Assembly (NCBI GenBank): GCA_963704115.1
Contig: CAVPGY010000001.1
Location: forward strand, 459,062-523,061
Origin: an uncultured Chloroflexia bacterium
Lineage (GTDB): Bacteria; Chloroflexota; Limnocylindria; QHBO01
Length of the DNA: 64,000 nucleotides
Direction: 5' to 3'
Made by a program: the position numbers and the translations under genes. How positions within the stretch are numbered: the first letter of the stretch is position 1; every line of letters starts with the position of its first letter. Positions 28,827 through 37,553 of this stretch are shown piece by piece. The notes under the pieces are model-generated. The model was not told where the DNA came from. It saw only the letters and a program-made list of their open reading frames with translations, and searched no databases.

Positions 28827-28856
28827 ACGGCCGGCCTCCTCCGGGAGGCCGGCCGT
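28827..28856 (+). terminator. stem-loop after ulaA (13-bp perfect GC-rich stem, 4-nt loop)
   Basis: acggccggcctcc / tccg / ggaggccggccgt, 21 nt after the ulaA stop. No strong T-tract follows (ctcattgtc). Confidence 0.55.
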
Positions 28857-29010
28857 CTCATTGTCCCGGGTCGCGGTCGCTCGGGATCGGCATCGGCGCC
28901 AGGGTCCGCACCGCGATTCCCGACTAGAGCCCGAGGACTGCGTGGCGCTCCAGCTTCGGCATGCCCGGCCCGCACCAACCGTCCCGCTCTATCGAGTCGG
29001 CCGAGTTGGT

Positions 29011-29019
29011 TGCTATGAT
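29011..29019 (+). promoter_or_regulatory. candidate extended -10 promoter TGCTATGAT upstream of the HNH gene
   Basis: TGnTATGAT, 18 nt upstream of the ATG at 29038. Confidence 0.35.
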
Positions 29020-29037
29020 CGCGCCAAGGTTCCACCC

Positions 29038-29577
29038 ATGATCAATGCGCCGGTGCTGGTCCTGAACCAGAACTACGAACCGCTCAACGTCTGCGACATC
29101 AGGCGCGCCTTCAGGCTGCTCGGCGCGGAGAAGGCCGAGCTGCTGGCGCGAAATCACCAGGTGATCCGCACTCCCTCGATCGAGATCCCGGCACCCTCGG
29201 TGATCCGCCTCCAGTACCACATCAAGCGGCCGCAGCCGCGCGTCAGGCTCAGCCGGCGCGAGGTCTTCGTCCGCGACCGGCACACCTGCCAGTACTGCGG
29301 CACCACGAGCCGCGACCTGACGATCGATCACGTGATGCCGAAACACCGCGGCGGGCGCCACGAGTGGGAGAACCTCGTCGCCGCCTGCCGAGGCTGCAAC
29401 CACCGCAAGGGTGGCAAGACGCTGGTCGAAGCGCGCATGCGCCTCATGCGCGAGCCGCGCGCTCCCAGGGCCGATCTGCGATATCTCTTCGGGACGTACC
29501 TGGCCGACGAACGCAACGACGCCTGGCGGACCTACCTCTTCCTGGAGCCCATCCGCCGACCTCAGCCGACGAGCTGA
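29038..29577 (+). CDS. HNH endonuclease-family protein
   Basis: MINAPVLVLNQNYEPLNV...RDRHTCQYCGTTSRDLTIDHVMPKHRGGRHEWENLVAACRGCNHRKG, an HNH/CxxC motif set. Intact. Confidence 0.8.
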   Translation: MINAPVLVLNQNYEPLNVCDIRRAFRLLGAEKAELLARNHQVIRTPSIEIPAPSVIRLQYHIKRPQPRVRLSRREVFVRDRHTCQYCGTTSRDLTIDHVMPKHRGGRHEWENLVAACRGCNHRKGGKTLVEARMRLMREPRAPRADLRYLFGTYLADERNDAWRTYLFLEPIRRPQPTS

Positions 29578-29588
29578 CCGGCGCTCGC

Positions 29589-30974
29589 GTGGCAGCGCCC
29601 GACGTCGAGCTCGCCTATCCGGATCTGCCGGACAGCGTACGCGGCGTGCTCGCTTCATTGGTCGCCGCCGGGCACGAGGTGGTGCTTGTCGGCGGCTGCG
29701 TTCGCGATCGGCTGACCGGCGCGCCGCACGACTCGTGGGACTGGGATGCCGCGACCTCGGCTCCGCCGGAGGCCGTGGAGGCGCTCTTCCCGCACACGAC
29801 GTGGGAGAACCGCTTCGGGACGGTGACGGTCAGAGGTACCCCGCCCGTCGAGGTCACCTCATTCCGGACCGAGGGCGCCTACCGTGATGCACGCCGACCC
29901 GAGGCGGTGCGCTTCGGTGCCTCGCTGCGGGACGATCTGGCGCGCCGGGACTTCACGATCAACGCCATCGCCTGGGTGCCCGTCGACCTCGTCGCTGCGG
30001 AGGCGCGGGGTACCGTGGTCGATCCCTTCGGGGGTGTCGCCGACCTCGCGCGTCGGCAGCTCCGAACCGTCGGCGATCCGCGTCAGCGGTTCGCGGAGGA
30101 CGCCCTTCGCCTGATCCGCGCCGCGCGGTTCGCCGGACGCTTCGACCTTGCGCTCGACCCGGAGACCGAGCAGGCGATCGTCGAGCTGGCGCCGACCGTG
30201 GCCGTGATCTCGGCCGAGCGGGTGCGCGACGAGCTCGTCCGGATCCTGGCGCTCGATCCCACGCCATCGCGGGCGCTGCGGCTGCTCGAGCGCCTCGGCC
30301 TGCTCCGGGTCGTGCTTCCCGAGGTGGCGGCCCTGCGCGGCATCCCGCAGGACAAGCCAGTGGCTGGCGACGCGCTCGACCACACCCTGGCCGCCGTGGA
30401 CGCGGCGCCGCCCGTCGCCCCGCTCGACGCACGGCTGACGGCCCTGCTCCACGACATCGGCAAGGCGACCACCATGGCGGACGGGCACTTCATCGGCCAC
30501 GAGGAGGTCGGTGCTGAGCTGGCAGCGGGGCTGCTGGCGCGTCTGCGCGTCCCGCGCTGGCGGGCGGATCGCATCGCCGCAGCCATCCGCCATCACATGT
30601 ACCAATACGACCGATCATGGACCGATGCCGCCGTGCGGCGCTTCATCCGTCGCACCGACGGGGTCGACCGCGACCTCCTGTTCACCCTGCGACGCGCGGA
30701 CAGCACGGCCTCCGGCGTCGCAGCGCCCGGGGAGCGGAACCAGGACGAGCTCGAACGCCGGATCGCCGACGAGATCGAGCGGCAGCCCGGCCTGCTCGTC
30801 CACCGGCGGCTGGTGATCGATGGCCACGACCTCCAGCATGAGATCGGCCTGGCGCGGGGCCCGAGCATCGGACGCGTGCTCGCGGGACTGATGGAGGCGG
30901 TCCTCGAGGATCCCTCGCGCAACGAGCGCGAAACGCTCCTCTCCCTGGCCCGACAGCTCGCCGACGAGCGGTGA
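29589..30974 (+). CDS. cca: CCA-adding enzyme / tRNA nucleotidyltransferase with HD domain
   Basis: VLVGGCVRDRL...WDWDAAT...RDFTINAIAW (polymerase head domain), followed by HD-domain LLHDIGK and HFIGHEEVG. The GTG at 29589 is a guess within ORF 29364..30974. Confidence 0.8.
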   Translation: MAAPDVELAYPDLPDSVRGVLASLVAAGHEVVLVGGCVRDRLTGAPHDSWDWDAATSAPPEAVEALFPHTTWENRFGTVTVRGTPPVEVTSFRTEGAYRDARRPEAVRFGASLRDDLARRDFTINAIAWVPVDLVAAEARGTVVDPFGGVADLARRQLRTVGDPRQRFAEDALRLIRAARFAGRFDLALDPETEQAIVELAPTVAVISAERVRDELVRILALDPTPSRALRLLERLGLLRVVLPEVAALRGIPQDKPVAGDALDHTLAAVDAAPPVAPLDARLTALLHDIGKATTMADGHFIGHEEVGAELAAGLLARLRVPRWRADRIAAAIRHHMYQYDRSWTDAAVRRFIRRTDGVDRDLLFTLRRADSTASGVAAPGERNQDELERRIADEIERQPGLLVHRRLVIDGHDLQHEIGLARGPSIGRVLAGLMEAVLEDPSRNERETLLSLARQLADER

Positions 30975-31033
30975 CAGGGCGCACCGGCAGCGGGCCTCCA
31001 CCGACCGGCCGTGGCTGCCACGCGGAGGGACGC

Positions 31034-31042
31034 TGCTACAAT
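31034..31042 (+). promoter_or_regulatory. candidate extended -10 promoter TGCTACAAT
   Basis: TGnTACAAT, about 70 nt upstream of the DeoC-like ATG at 31111. Confidence 0.35.
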
Positions 31043-31110
31043 CGACCGTCCGGACCCATGTCTGGATGCATTCATCGATTGCTGCAACCGAGCGGAGGGA
31101 CCGCGCACCG

Positions 31111-31809
31111 ATGACCGCCAGCGTGCGCCGGGCCCTGCGGCTCGAGCACCGACTCACTCAGCCGAACGCGTCGCTTCGCGACCTCGAGGCCGCCGTCGCG
31201 CTGGCGACCGAGCACGAAGTCGCGGCGTTGACGGTTAGCCCGTGGCTGGTCAAGGCCGCCAAGCGCCAGCTCGGACGTTCTCGGGTGACGCTCGGCACGG
31301 TCGTCGGTTTCCCGTCCGGCGGCCAGATCCTCAGCGTAAAGGCGTTCGAGGCGTCGAAGGCGCTCGAGCAGGGAGCGACCCAGATCGACTTCGTGCTGAA
31401 CGGGGGCGCGTTGGCATCCGGGGACGAGGAGACGGTCTTCAACGACATGCTGGCCGTGGTCGACATGGCGCACTCCGCCCTGGCCGCCGCCGGCGTCATT
31501 CTGGAGGCCGCGCCGCAGTCCGACGAGCTCATTCGGCGCGCGTGCCGCCTGGCCGAACGGGCCGGCGCCGACTACGTCGTGACGAGCACCGGCAGCGCCA
31601 CCGTGCGGGGCACGATCGCCCGCACGCGCCTTGTGCGGGACAGCGTCGGCCCGCGGATCGGCGTCAAGGCCTCGGCACGCTTCCGAACGCTCGAGCAGCT
31701 CGCCGAGGCCACCACTGCCGGAGCCTCCCGCGTCTCCGCGCTGCTGACGGCCACCCTCGCGCGGTTGGCGGCCGATGCCACCCCGGTCCCGGCGGCGGCC
31801 CGCTCGTGA
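31111..31809 (+). CDS. DeoC/LacD-type class I aldolase-like protein lacking the Schiff-base lysine
   Basis: EHRLTQPNASLRDLEAAVALA...ALTVSPWLV...LGTVVGFPSGG...GATQIDFVLN...GADYVVTSTG...IGVKAS. Collinear with deoxyribose-phosphate aldolase, but the KTSTG lysine is Val. ATG at 31111 within ORF 31066..31809. Confidence 0.65.
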   Translation: MTASVRRALRLEHRLTQPNASLRDLEAAVALATEHEVAALTVSPWLVKAAKRQLGRSRVTLGTVVGFPSGGQILSVKAFEASKALEQGATQIDFVLNGGALASGDEETVFNDMLAVVDMAHSALAAAGVILEAAPQSDELIRRACRLAERAGADYVVTSTGSATVRGTIARTRLVRDSVGPRIGVKASARFRTLEQLAEATTAGASRVSALLTATLARLAADATPVPAAARS

Positions 31810-31825
31810 TGGGGAGGGGCGTGGA

Positions 31826-32866
31826 TTGAAGCTGCTCGTCGTCGGGGGAGCCGGATTCGTGGGTTCGACGAGTGTCGAGCATCTCGTCGAGGCTGGCCAT
31901 GAAGTGGTCGTCTACGACAACCTGTCGAGCGGGCATCGTGCGGCGGTGCCCGAGCGGGCGCGCCTGGTCATCGGCGACATCGACGATCGCGCGCGGCTCG
32001 GCGAGATCCTTGCCGACGGCGTCGACGCGGTCCTCCACTGCGCCGCTCGCTCGCTGGTCGGGGAGTCGATGGCTGACCCGGGACTCTACTACCGCGTGAA
32101 CGTGGCCGGAGGTGTCGAGCTGCTGGAGGCGATGAAGGAGACCGGCGTCACCCGCCTCGTCTACAGCTCATCGGCGGCGGTGTATGGCGAGCCGCGCCGC
32201 GTCCCGATCGCGGAGGCCGATCGCACCGAGCCGATCAACCCGTACGGGGCGACGAAGCTGGCCTTCGAGGGCGCCATGCGCTGGTTCTGCGCCGCGCACG
32301 ACTTCCGCGCCATCAGCCTCCGCTACTTCAACGTCGCCGGGGCCACGCAGCGCAACGGCGAGGATCACGACCCCGAGACGCACCTGATGCCACTCGTCCT
32401 GCGCGTCGCCGCCGGCGAGGCGACTCACGTCCAGATTCATGGGCAGGACTACCCGACGCCCGACGGCACCTGCATCCGTGACTTCCTTCACGTCCGCGAC
32501 ATCGCGGAGGCACACCTGCTCGCACTCGAGGCCACCGGTGAGGGCGACGCCTCGCTCGAGGTCTACAACCTCGGATCGGCAGCCGGCTTCAGCGTCAGGG
32601 AGGTGGTCGAGGCAGCCCGACGCGTCACCGGCCGCGCCATCCCCGCCCGCCCGGTCAAGCGCCGGATCGGCGACCCACCGGTCCTGGTCGCATCGTCACG
32701 CCGTGCCCGCCGCGAGCTCGGTTGGCAGCCGAAGCACTCGTCGCTGGAGCAGATGCTCGCCGACGCGTGGGCATGGCGCGAGTCGCATCCGAACGGGTAT
32801 GCGGACGCGGCGAGCGACTCCGCGGACCCCATGCCCCCGCAGCGAGTCGCGGCGACCGCCGGCTGA
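31826..32866 (+). CDS. galE: UDP-glucose 4-epimerase
   Basis: TTG at 31826 after GGGGAGGGG. KLLVVGGAGFVGS...YDNLSSGH...SSSAAVYG...PINPYGATKLAFE...LRYFNVAGA. Intact. Confidence 0.85.
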   Translation: MKLLVVGGAGFVGSTSVEHLVEAGHEVVVYDNLSSGHRAAVPERARLVIGDIDDRARLGEILADGVDAVLHCAARSLVGESMADPGLYYRVNVAGGVELLEAMKETGVTRLVYSSSAAVYGEPRRVPIAEADRTEPINPYGATKLAFEGAMRWFCAAHDFRAISLRYFNVAGATQRNGEDHDPETHLMPLVLRVAAGEATHVQIHGQDYPTPDGTCIRDFLHVRDIAEAHLLALEATGEGDASLEVYNLGSAAGFSVREVVEAARRVTGRAIPARPVKRRIGDPPVLVASSRRARRELGWQPKHSSLEQMLADAWAWRESHPNGYADAASDSADPMPPQRVAATAG

Positions 32867-32893
32867 GCATCGGGCGGCCGAGCGCGGGGAGCC

Positions 32894-33343
32894 TCAGCCG
32901 CGACCCTCGGCCGCACGACAGGTCGCGCACAGGCCATAGAAGTCGAGCCGGGCGTCGTCGATGGTGAAGCCGAGGTCCGCGGCCACTCGCTCAGCGACCG
33001 GCGTGATGTAGGTCTCCTCGATCTCCTCGACCCGCCCGCAGCGGTCGCACGCCAGGTGGTGATGATGCTCCGGGCGGCAGGCGACGTAGCCATAGACGTG
33101 GCCGTCCTGCTCCAATCGCCGGGCCACGCCGGCCGCCACCAGCGCCTCGAGGGTACGGAACACGGTGGCGCGCCCGATCCTCGGCGCGCGGCGGCGAAGC
33201 CGATCGTAGAGGTCCTGCGCGGTGATCTGGCGACCGTGGGCCGCCAGCGCATCGGCGACGAGCAGCCGCTGGCGCGTGACACGCTCGCCGGCAGCCGCGA
33301 GCCGATCGGCGGTGGAGGTCGGATCGAGCACGGGAGCACCCAT
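32894..33343 (-). CDS. Fur-family metalloregulator (Zur/Mur-like)
   Basis: Intact 149-aa ORF: RVTRQRLLVADAL...ITAQDLYDRL...IGRATVFRTLEALV...HHHHLACDRCGRVEEI...FYGLCATC. Divergent from the metal ABC genes. Confidence 0.8.
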   Translation of the reverse strand: MGAPVLDPTSTADRLAAAGERVTRQRLLVADALAAHGRQITAQDLYDRLRRRAPRIGRATVFRTLEALVAAGVARRLEQDGHVYGYVACRPEHHHHLACDRCGRVEEIEETYITPVAERVAADLGFTIDDARLDFYGLCATCRAAEGRG

Positions 33344-33401
33344 GGCCGGAGCCTAGCACGCATTGACCGCCGCGACCGGTGAGCCGATACTGCGTCTCAC
33401 C

Positions 33402-34196
33402 ATGACCATAGCTGCACCGCCGACCCTCGAGCTCCGCGGGCTGTATGCCGGCTACGACGCCGGGTGGGCGCTGTCGAACGTCGACCTTGAGCTGCCACCG
33501 GGACGGCTGATCGGCGTCATCGGGCCGAACGGGAGCGGCAAGAGCACCCTGCTTCGCGCGATCCTGGGACTCGTCCCGCGCCGGCGCGGGACGGTGACGC
33601 TAGCTGGCCGGCCGATCGATCGGCAGCGCATCGCCTATGTCCCGCAGCGCGAGGTGGTCGACTGGAGCTTCCCGATCAGCGCCGAACAGGTGGTGCTGAT
33701 GGGGCGCTACCCGCGCATCGGTCCGGTGCTCCCGGCCGGTCCGGACGACCGGTCCGCGGTGGCAGCCGCCCTGGAGCGGGTCGGCATGCATGACCTGGCG
33801 CATCGACAGATCGGCGCGCTGTCGGGGGGACAGCAGCAGCGCGTCTTCCTCGCCCGGGCGCTGGTCCAGCATGCGGATGTCCTGCTGCTCGACGAGCCGA
33901 TGACCGGCGTGGATCTCGCGACCGAGGAGGCGATCGGGAGGCTGATGCGCGAGCTGCGCGACGCGGGCACCACGGTCGTCTACGCGACGCATGACCTCGA
34001 GACAGCGGCCGACATCAGCGACCTCCTGTGCTTCGTCAACGGGCGGATCGTCGCCTTCGGACCGCCGGCCGAGACGTTCACACCGCACACCCTGCACGAG
34101 ACGTTCGGCGGCGAGCTGATGATCGTCGACGCCGGCGATCATGCCCATGTCCACGGCGGCGGCCATCACGGGCACGTCGACGTGCCGAAGCGGTGA
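33402..34196 (+). CDS. metal (Zn/Mn-type) ABC transporter ATP-binding protein
   Basis: GVIGPNGSGKSTLLRAILG (Walker A), LSGGQQQRVFLARAL (signature), LLLDEPMTGVD (Walker B). The ATG at 33402 is preferred over the TTG at 33363. Confidence 0.8.
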   Translation: MTIAAPPTLELRGLYAGYDAGWALSNVDLELPPGRLIGVIGPNGSGKSTLLRAILGLVPRRRGTVTLAGRPIDRQRIAYVPQREVVDWSFPISAEQVVLMGRYPRIGPVLPAGPDDRSAVAAALERVGMHDLAHRQIGALSGGQQQRVFLARALVQHADVLLLDEPMTGVDLATEEAIGRLMRELRDAGTTVVYATHDLETAADISDLLCFVNGRIVAFGPPAETFTPHTLHETFGGELMIVDAGDHAHVHGGGHHGHVDVPKR

Positions 34197-34203
34197 GCGA
34201 CCC

Positions 34204-35154
34204 GTGGACTGGCTGACCGACCCGCTGTCACTCGAGCTCTTCCGCCGCGCGCTCATCGAGGCCGTCGTCATGGGGGCCACCTGCGGCGCGATCGGCGCCT
34301 ACGTGGTCCTCCGCCGCCTCGCCTTCATTGGTGACGCGCTGGCTCACGCGGTCTTCCCGGGGGTCGTGCTGGCCTACGTGGCGGGCTGGCCGATCTTCGC
34401 CGGGGCGATGATCGCCGGCACGGTCACCTCGCTGGCGATCGCGGTCGTCAGCCGCGCACAGCGGATCCGCGAGGACACCGCCATCGGCATCTTCTTCGCG
34501 GGCGCCTTCGCCCTCGGCATCGTGCTGATCAGCACCCAGTCCGGCTATCAGCGGGACCTTTCGGCGTTCCTCGTCGGTGACCTGCTGGCGGTCGGCTGGG
34601 ATGACATCGCCGTGAGCGCGTTCGCCGGGGCCATCGTCATCGGCATCCTCGTCGCGCTCCGCAAGGAGCTGCTGCTCGTCAGCTTCGACCGGACCTTCGC
34701 CCAGGCGCTCGGCTACCCCGTCTTCGCGCTGGAGCTGCTGCTGCTCCTCCTGCTCACCGCCACGATCGTCGTCAGCCTGAGTGCGGTCGGCATCATCCTC
34801 GTGCTGGCCATGCTGGTGACGCCGGCCGCCACCGCCCGCCTCCTGGTCGATCGCTTCACGCCGATGATGATCCTCGGCGGGGTGCTCGGCGCGCTCTATG
34901 GCGTGGTCGGCTGGTACGTCAGCTATCACCTCGGCTGGAGCCCGGGCGGCTCGATCGTGCTGACCGCGACGCTGCTCTTCGTGGTCGCCTTCGTGTTCAG
35001 TCCCACCCACGGCCTGCTCGCCCACCGGCTTCGACGCCATCCGCAGCACGACGCGGTGCGCCCGGCGATCGATCAGCCACCCGGCCACCGCCATGCTGGA
35101 CCGGAGGACCCCGTGGTAGCATCGCTCGAGCGGCGGCACCCCCCGGGTCGCTAG
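34204..35154 (+). CDS. metal ABC transporter permease (ABC-3 family)
   Basis: LELFRRALIEAVVMGATCGAIGAYVVLRRLAFIGDALAHAVFPGVVLAY.... The start is either the GTG at 34204 or the ATG at 34141. The C-terminal tail is His-rich. Confidence 0.75.
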   Translation: MDWLTDPLSLELFRRALIEAVVMGATCGAIGAYVVLRRLAFIGDALAHAVFPGVVLAYVAGWPIFAGAMIAGTVTSLAIAVVSRAQRIREDTAIGIFFAGAFALGIVLISTQSGYQRDLSAFLVGDLLAVGWDDIAVSAFAGAIVIGILVALRKELLLVSFDRTFAQALGYPVFALELLLLLLLTATIVVSLSAVGIILVLAMLVTPAATARLLVDRFTPMMILGGVLGALYGVVGWYVSYHLGWSPGGSIVLTATLLFVVAFVFSPTHGLLAHRLRRHPQHDAVRPAIDQPPGHRHAGPEDPVVASLERRHPPGR

Positions 35155-35190
35155 CGCCGCGTCCGTTACGCCGCGGTCCGGCGACGGAGC

Positions 35191-36528
35191 GTGCCGGCGC
35201 CCGCCGTCGCGTTGACCCACCATCCCCGAGCGGAGCCCCGCTTGCCCGATACCGACAGTCCAGCAGCGCGACCTCGGCGCCGACGCTCCTCGCCCCCGGC
35301 GAACGAGCCGGCGTCGACCGGCGCCTCGCCGCCGACCGACGACGCACCGATCTCCGAGTTCGAGGCGGCCATTCGTGCCGCGGCGGCCGGCTACCGCTTC
35401 GGTGAGGTCGAGGTGCCGGCGACGATTGCTCGCGCGCTCGAGAAGATGGGCTTCGTCACCCCGACCGAGGTGCAGGCGCGTGCCATCCCGCCATTGCGCG
35501 AGGGCAAGGACCTGATCGGGCAGGCGCAGACCGGGACCGGCAAGACGGCGGCCTTCGGCATCCCGATCATCGAGAAGATCGAGCCGTCCAGCCACCACGT
35601 CCAGGCACTCATCCTCACGCCGACCCGCGAGCTGTGCGTGCAGGTCACCGAGGAGATCGCCCGTATCGGCCAGTTCCGGGGCGTCCGGGCCGTGGCGATC
35701 TACGGCGGCTCGTCGATGGATCGCCAGATCGAGGCGCTCACGCGTGGCGTACCGGTCGTGGTCGGGACCCCCGGGCGGGTGCTCGACCTCATCCGGCGCG
35801 GCGAGCTGAAGCTGGACCGGGTCACCACCGTCATCCTCGACGAGGCCGATCGGATGCTCGACATGGGCTTCATCGTCGACGTGGAGACGATCCTGTCCCG
35901 CTGTCCACGCGACCGCCAGACGGCGCTGTTCAGTGCCACCATGCCGTACGCCATCCTGCGCATCTGCGACCGCTTCATGAAGCGCAACCCGGCGCACATC
36001 ACCGTCCGGCCCGACCTGCGGACCGTCGAGACCGTGCGGCAGCTCGTCTACTTCGTCGCCGAGCAGGACAAGGTCGCCGCGCTGGTCGAGCTCAACGAGC
36101 ACTACGGCTTCGACCGGCTGCTCGTCTTCCGCCACACCCAGATCGGGGTGGACCGATTGGCCGCCACCCTGAAGCGACGCGGCAAGAACGTGGCGGCGCT
36201 CCACGGCGGGCTGTCGCAGCGTGAGCGGGATCGGACGCTGGCGGCATTCCGGGCCGGTCAGATCCAGTTCCTCATCGCCACGAACGTGGCGAGCCGCGGC
36301 CTCGACATCACCGACCTGCCCTACGTCCTCTCCTTCGACATCCCCGAGGATGCCGACACCTACGTGCATCGCATCGGTCGGACCGGTCGCGCGGGCCGAG
36401 AGGGGACCGCGATCACCTTCGTCGGTGAGTGGGACCTCGACGCGTGGGAGGCGATCCGCTCCGAGGTCGGGGCCCAGGTCGAGGAAGGTCGGCTCGAGCT
36501 GTACGACCGGGGGCCGACGGAGGCATAG
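35191..36528 (+). CDS. DEAD-box ATP-dependent RNA helicase
   Basis: FVTPTEVQARAIP, AQTGTGKTAAF, TPTRELC, VILDEADRMLDMGF, SAT, HGGLSQRERD, ATNVASRGLDI, YVHRIGRTGRAG. Intact. Confidence 0.85.
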   Translation: MPAPAVALTHHPRAEPRLPDTDSPAARPRRRRSSPPANEPASTGASPPTDDAPISEFEAAIRAAAAGYRFGEVEVPATIARALEKMGFVTPTEVQARAIPPLREGKDLIGQAQTGTGKTAAFGIPIIEKIEPSSHHVQALILTPTRELCVQVTEEIARIGQFRGVRAVAIYGGSSMDRQIEALTRGVPVVVGTPGRVLDLIRRGELKLDRVTTVILDEADRMLDMGFIVDVETILSRCPRDRQTALFSATMPYAILRICDRFMKRNPAHITVRPDLRTVETVRQLVYFVAEQDKVAALVELNEHYGFDRLLVFRHTQIGVDRLAATLKRRGKNVAALHGGLSQRERDRTLAAFRAGQIQFLIATNVASRGLDITDLPYVLSFDIPEDADTYVHRIGRTGRAGREGTAITFVGEWDLDAWEAIRSEVGAQVEEGRLELYDRGPTEA

Positions 36529-36558
36529 CCCACGGTTCGAGCGGCCGACGTGCCGCCG

Positions 36559-36801
36559 TGATCGTGCCCGGGCGTCGCGCGGGGGCCGCCGATGGACTTC
36601 GTGGAGCCAGGCATCACCGTGCCGATCTATCGGGCACGGTGAGACGCCGGAGATGATTCGTGCGCATTGAGGCCGATGGTTCGGGCACGACGCTGCACGA
36701 GCGGCCTCGGCGCGACGTTCGTGCGCGCCACCGCCCGATAGATCGGGCACGGCAGGGCCGAGACGGACGTGATGCACCGCTCTGCCCGACACGTCGGGCA
36801 C
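36559..36801. repeat. cluster B of the same 18-20 bp palindromic repeat family
   Basis: Copies sit at 36619-36637 (gtgccgatctatcgggcac), 36672-36688 (gccgatggttcgggcac), 36733-36750 (gcccgatagatcgggcac) and 36783-36801 (tgcccgacacgtcgggcac). Spacing is 53, 61 and 50 bp, mirroring cluster A. Several copies have a flanking tcgtgcgc motif. Confidence 0.7.
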
Positions 36802-36904
36802 GCGCGGCCAGCGCACCGAAGCGGCCGGGCGAAGCGCGGGGCGCGCGGGGATCCGGCGCCGGTGCCGCCTCGACCGGGCCGTACCCACGGTCTACGCTGA
36901 TCGA

Positions 36905-37513
36905 GTGATCGAACCGCCGCGTCCCCAGCAGCCGACGCCGGCGCGGGCCGAGATCGCCAGCATCGAGTGGCTTGTCGAGCCGTTCTGGCCAGGCGATCGA
37001 CTCATCGTCCGCATCGCCGATGGCGCGGCCAGCGTCACCGACCACCGGGGCGCGGCCGCCGGCGCCGCGCTCGGTGACGTCGGCGAGCTGGTCCGGGCGG
37101 CCGCCCGGACCGAGCGCGCGGTGGTCGACGGCGTGTGGACCGCGCAGCCCTTCCTGTCGGAGGACCCCGCAAGTGAGCGCCGCGCCTTCGTGGCCGTCGA
37201 CCTGCTCGAGCTCGACGGCGAGTCGCTGCTCGACGTCCCCCTGCAGGAGCGACGACGGCTGCTCGAGTCGGTGGTCGACGAGCGGGTGCAGGTGCGCGTG
37301 AGCCCGGCGGTGAAGCAGCCGATCGGCGGCTGGCTGCCCGGCTGGCGCACGGCCGGCTTCACGCACTACGTCGCCAAGCATCAGAACAGCCGGTACGCGC
37401 CGGGCGAGCGCGCCGACGACTGGCTGAAGATCGACCTGCGCGTCCCGACGTCGAGCGGGTTCGTCGCGCGCCTGGTGGGCACGCGCGAGCGGGTCCGCCG
37501 CATCCGCGACTGA
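36905..37513 (+). CDS. ATP-dependent DNA ligase-like adenylation-domain protein lacking the motif I lysine
   Basis: Intact 202-aa ORF. EWLVEPFWPGDRLIV sits where ligases have E-x-K-x-DG-x-R. Motif III-like AFVAVDLLELDGESLLDVPLQERRRLL, motif IV-like GFTHYVAKHQNSRY, motif V-like WLKIDL. Confidence 0.6.
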   Translation: MIEPPRPQQPTPARAEIASIEWLVEPFWPGDRLIVRIADGAASVTDHRGAAAGAALGDVGELVRAAARTERAVVDGVWTAQPFLSEDPASERRAFVAVDLLELDGESLLDVPLQERRRLLESVVDERVQVRVSPAVKQPIGGWLPGWRTAGFTHYVAKHQNSRYAPGERADDWLKIDLRVPTSSGFVARLVGTRERVRRIRD

Positions 37514-37553
37514 GCCGTGTGAGAGCCGAGAGGGCCGGGCCGGGGCGGCTCGC

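Noticed and set aside
28861-30974. The HNH endonuclease gene as part of a mobile element, homing cassette or defence system, and tRNA-Thr at 46180 as an integration site.
   Set aside because: No integrase, transposase, restriction/modification partner, direct repeats or compositional shift is visible near either. The HNH gene is small, has its own promoter-like element, and appears co-transcribed with cca.
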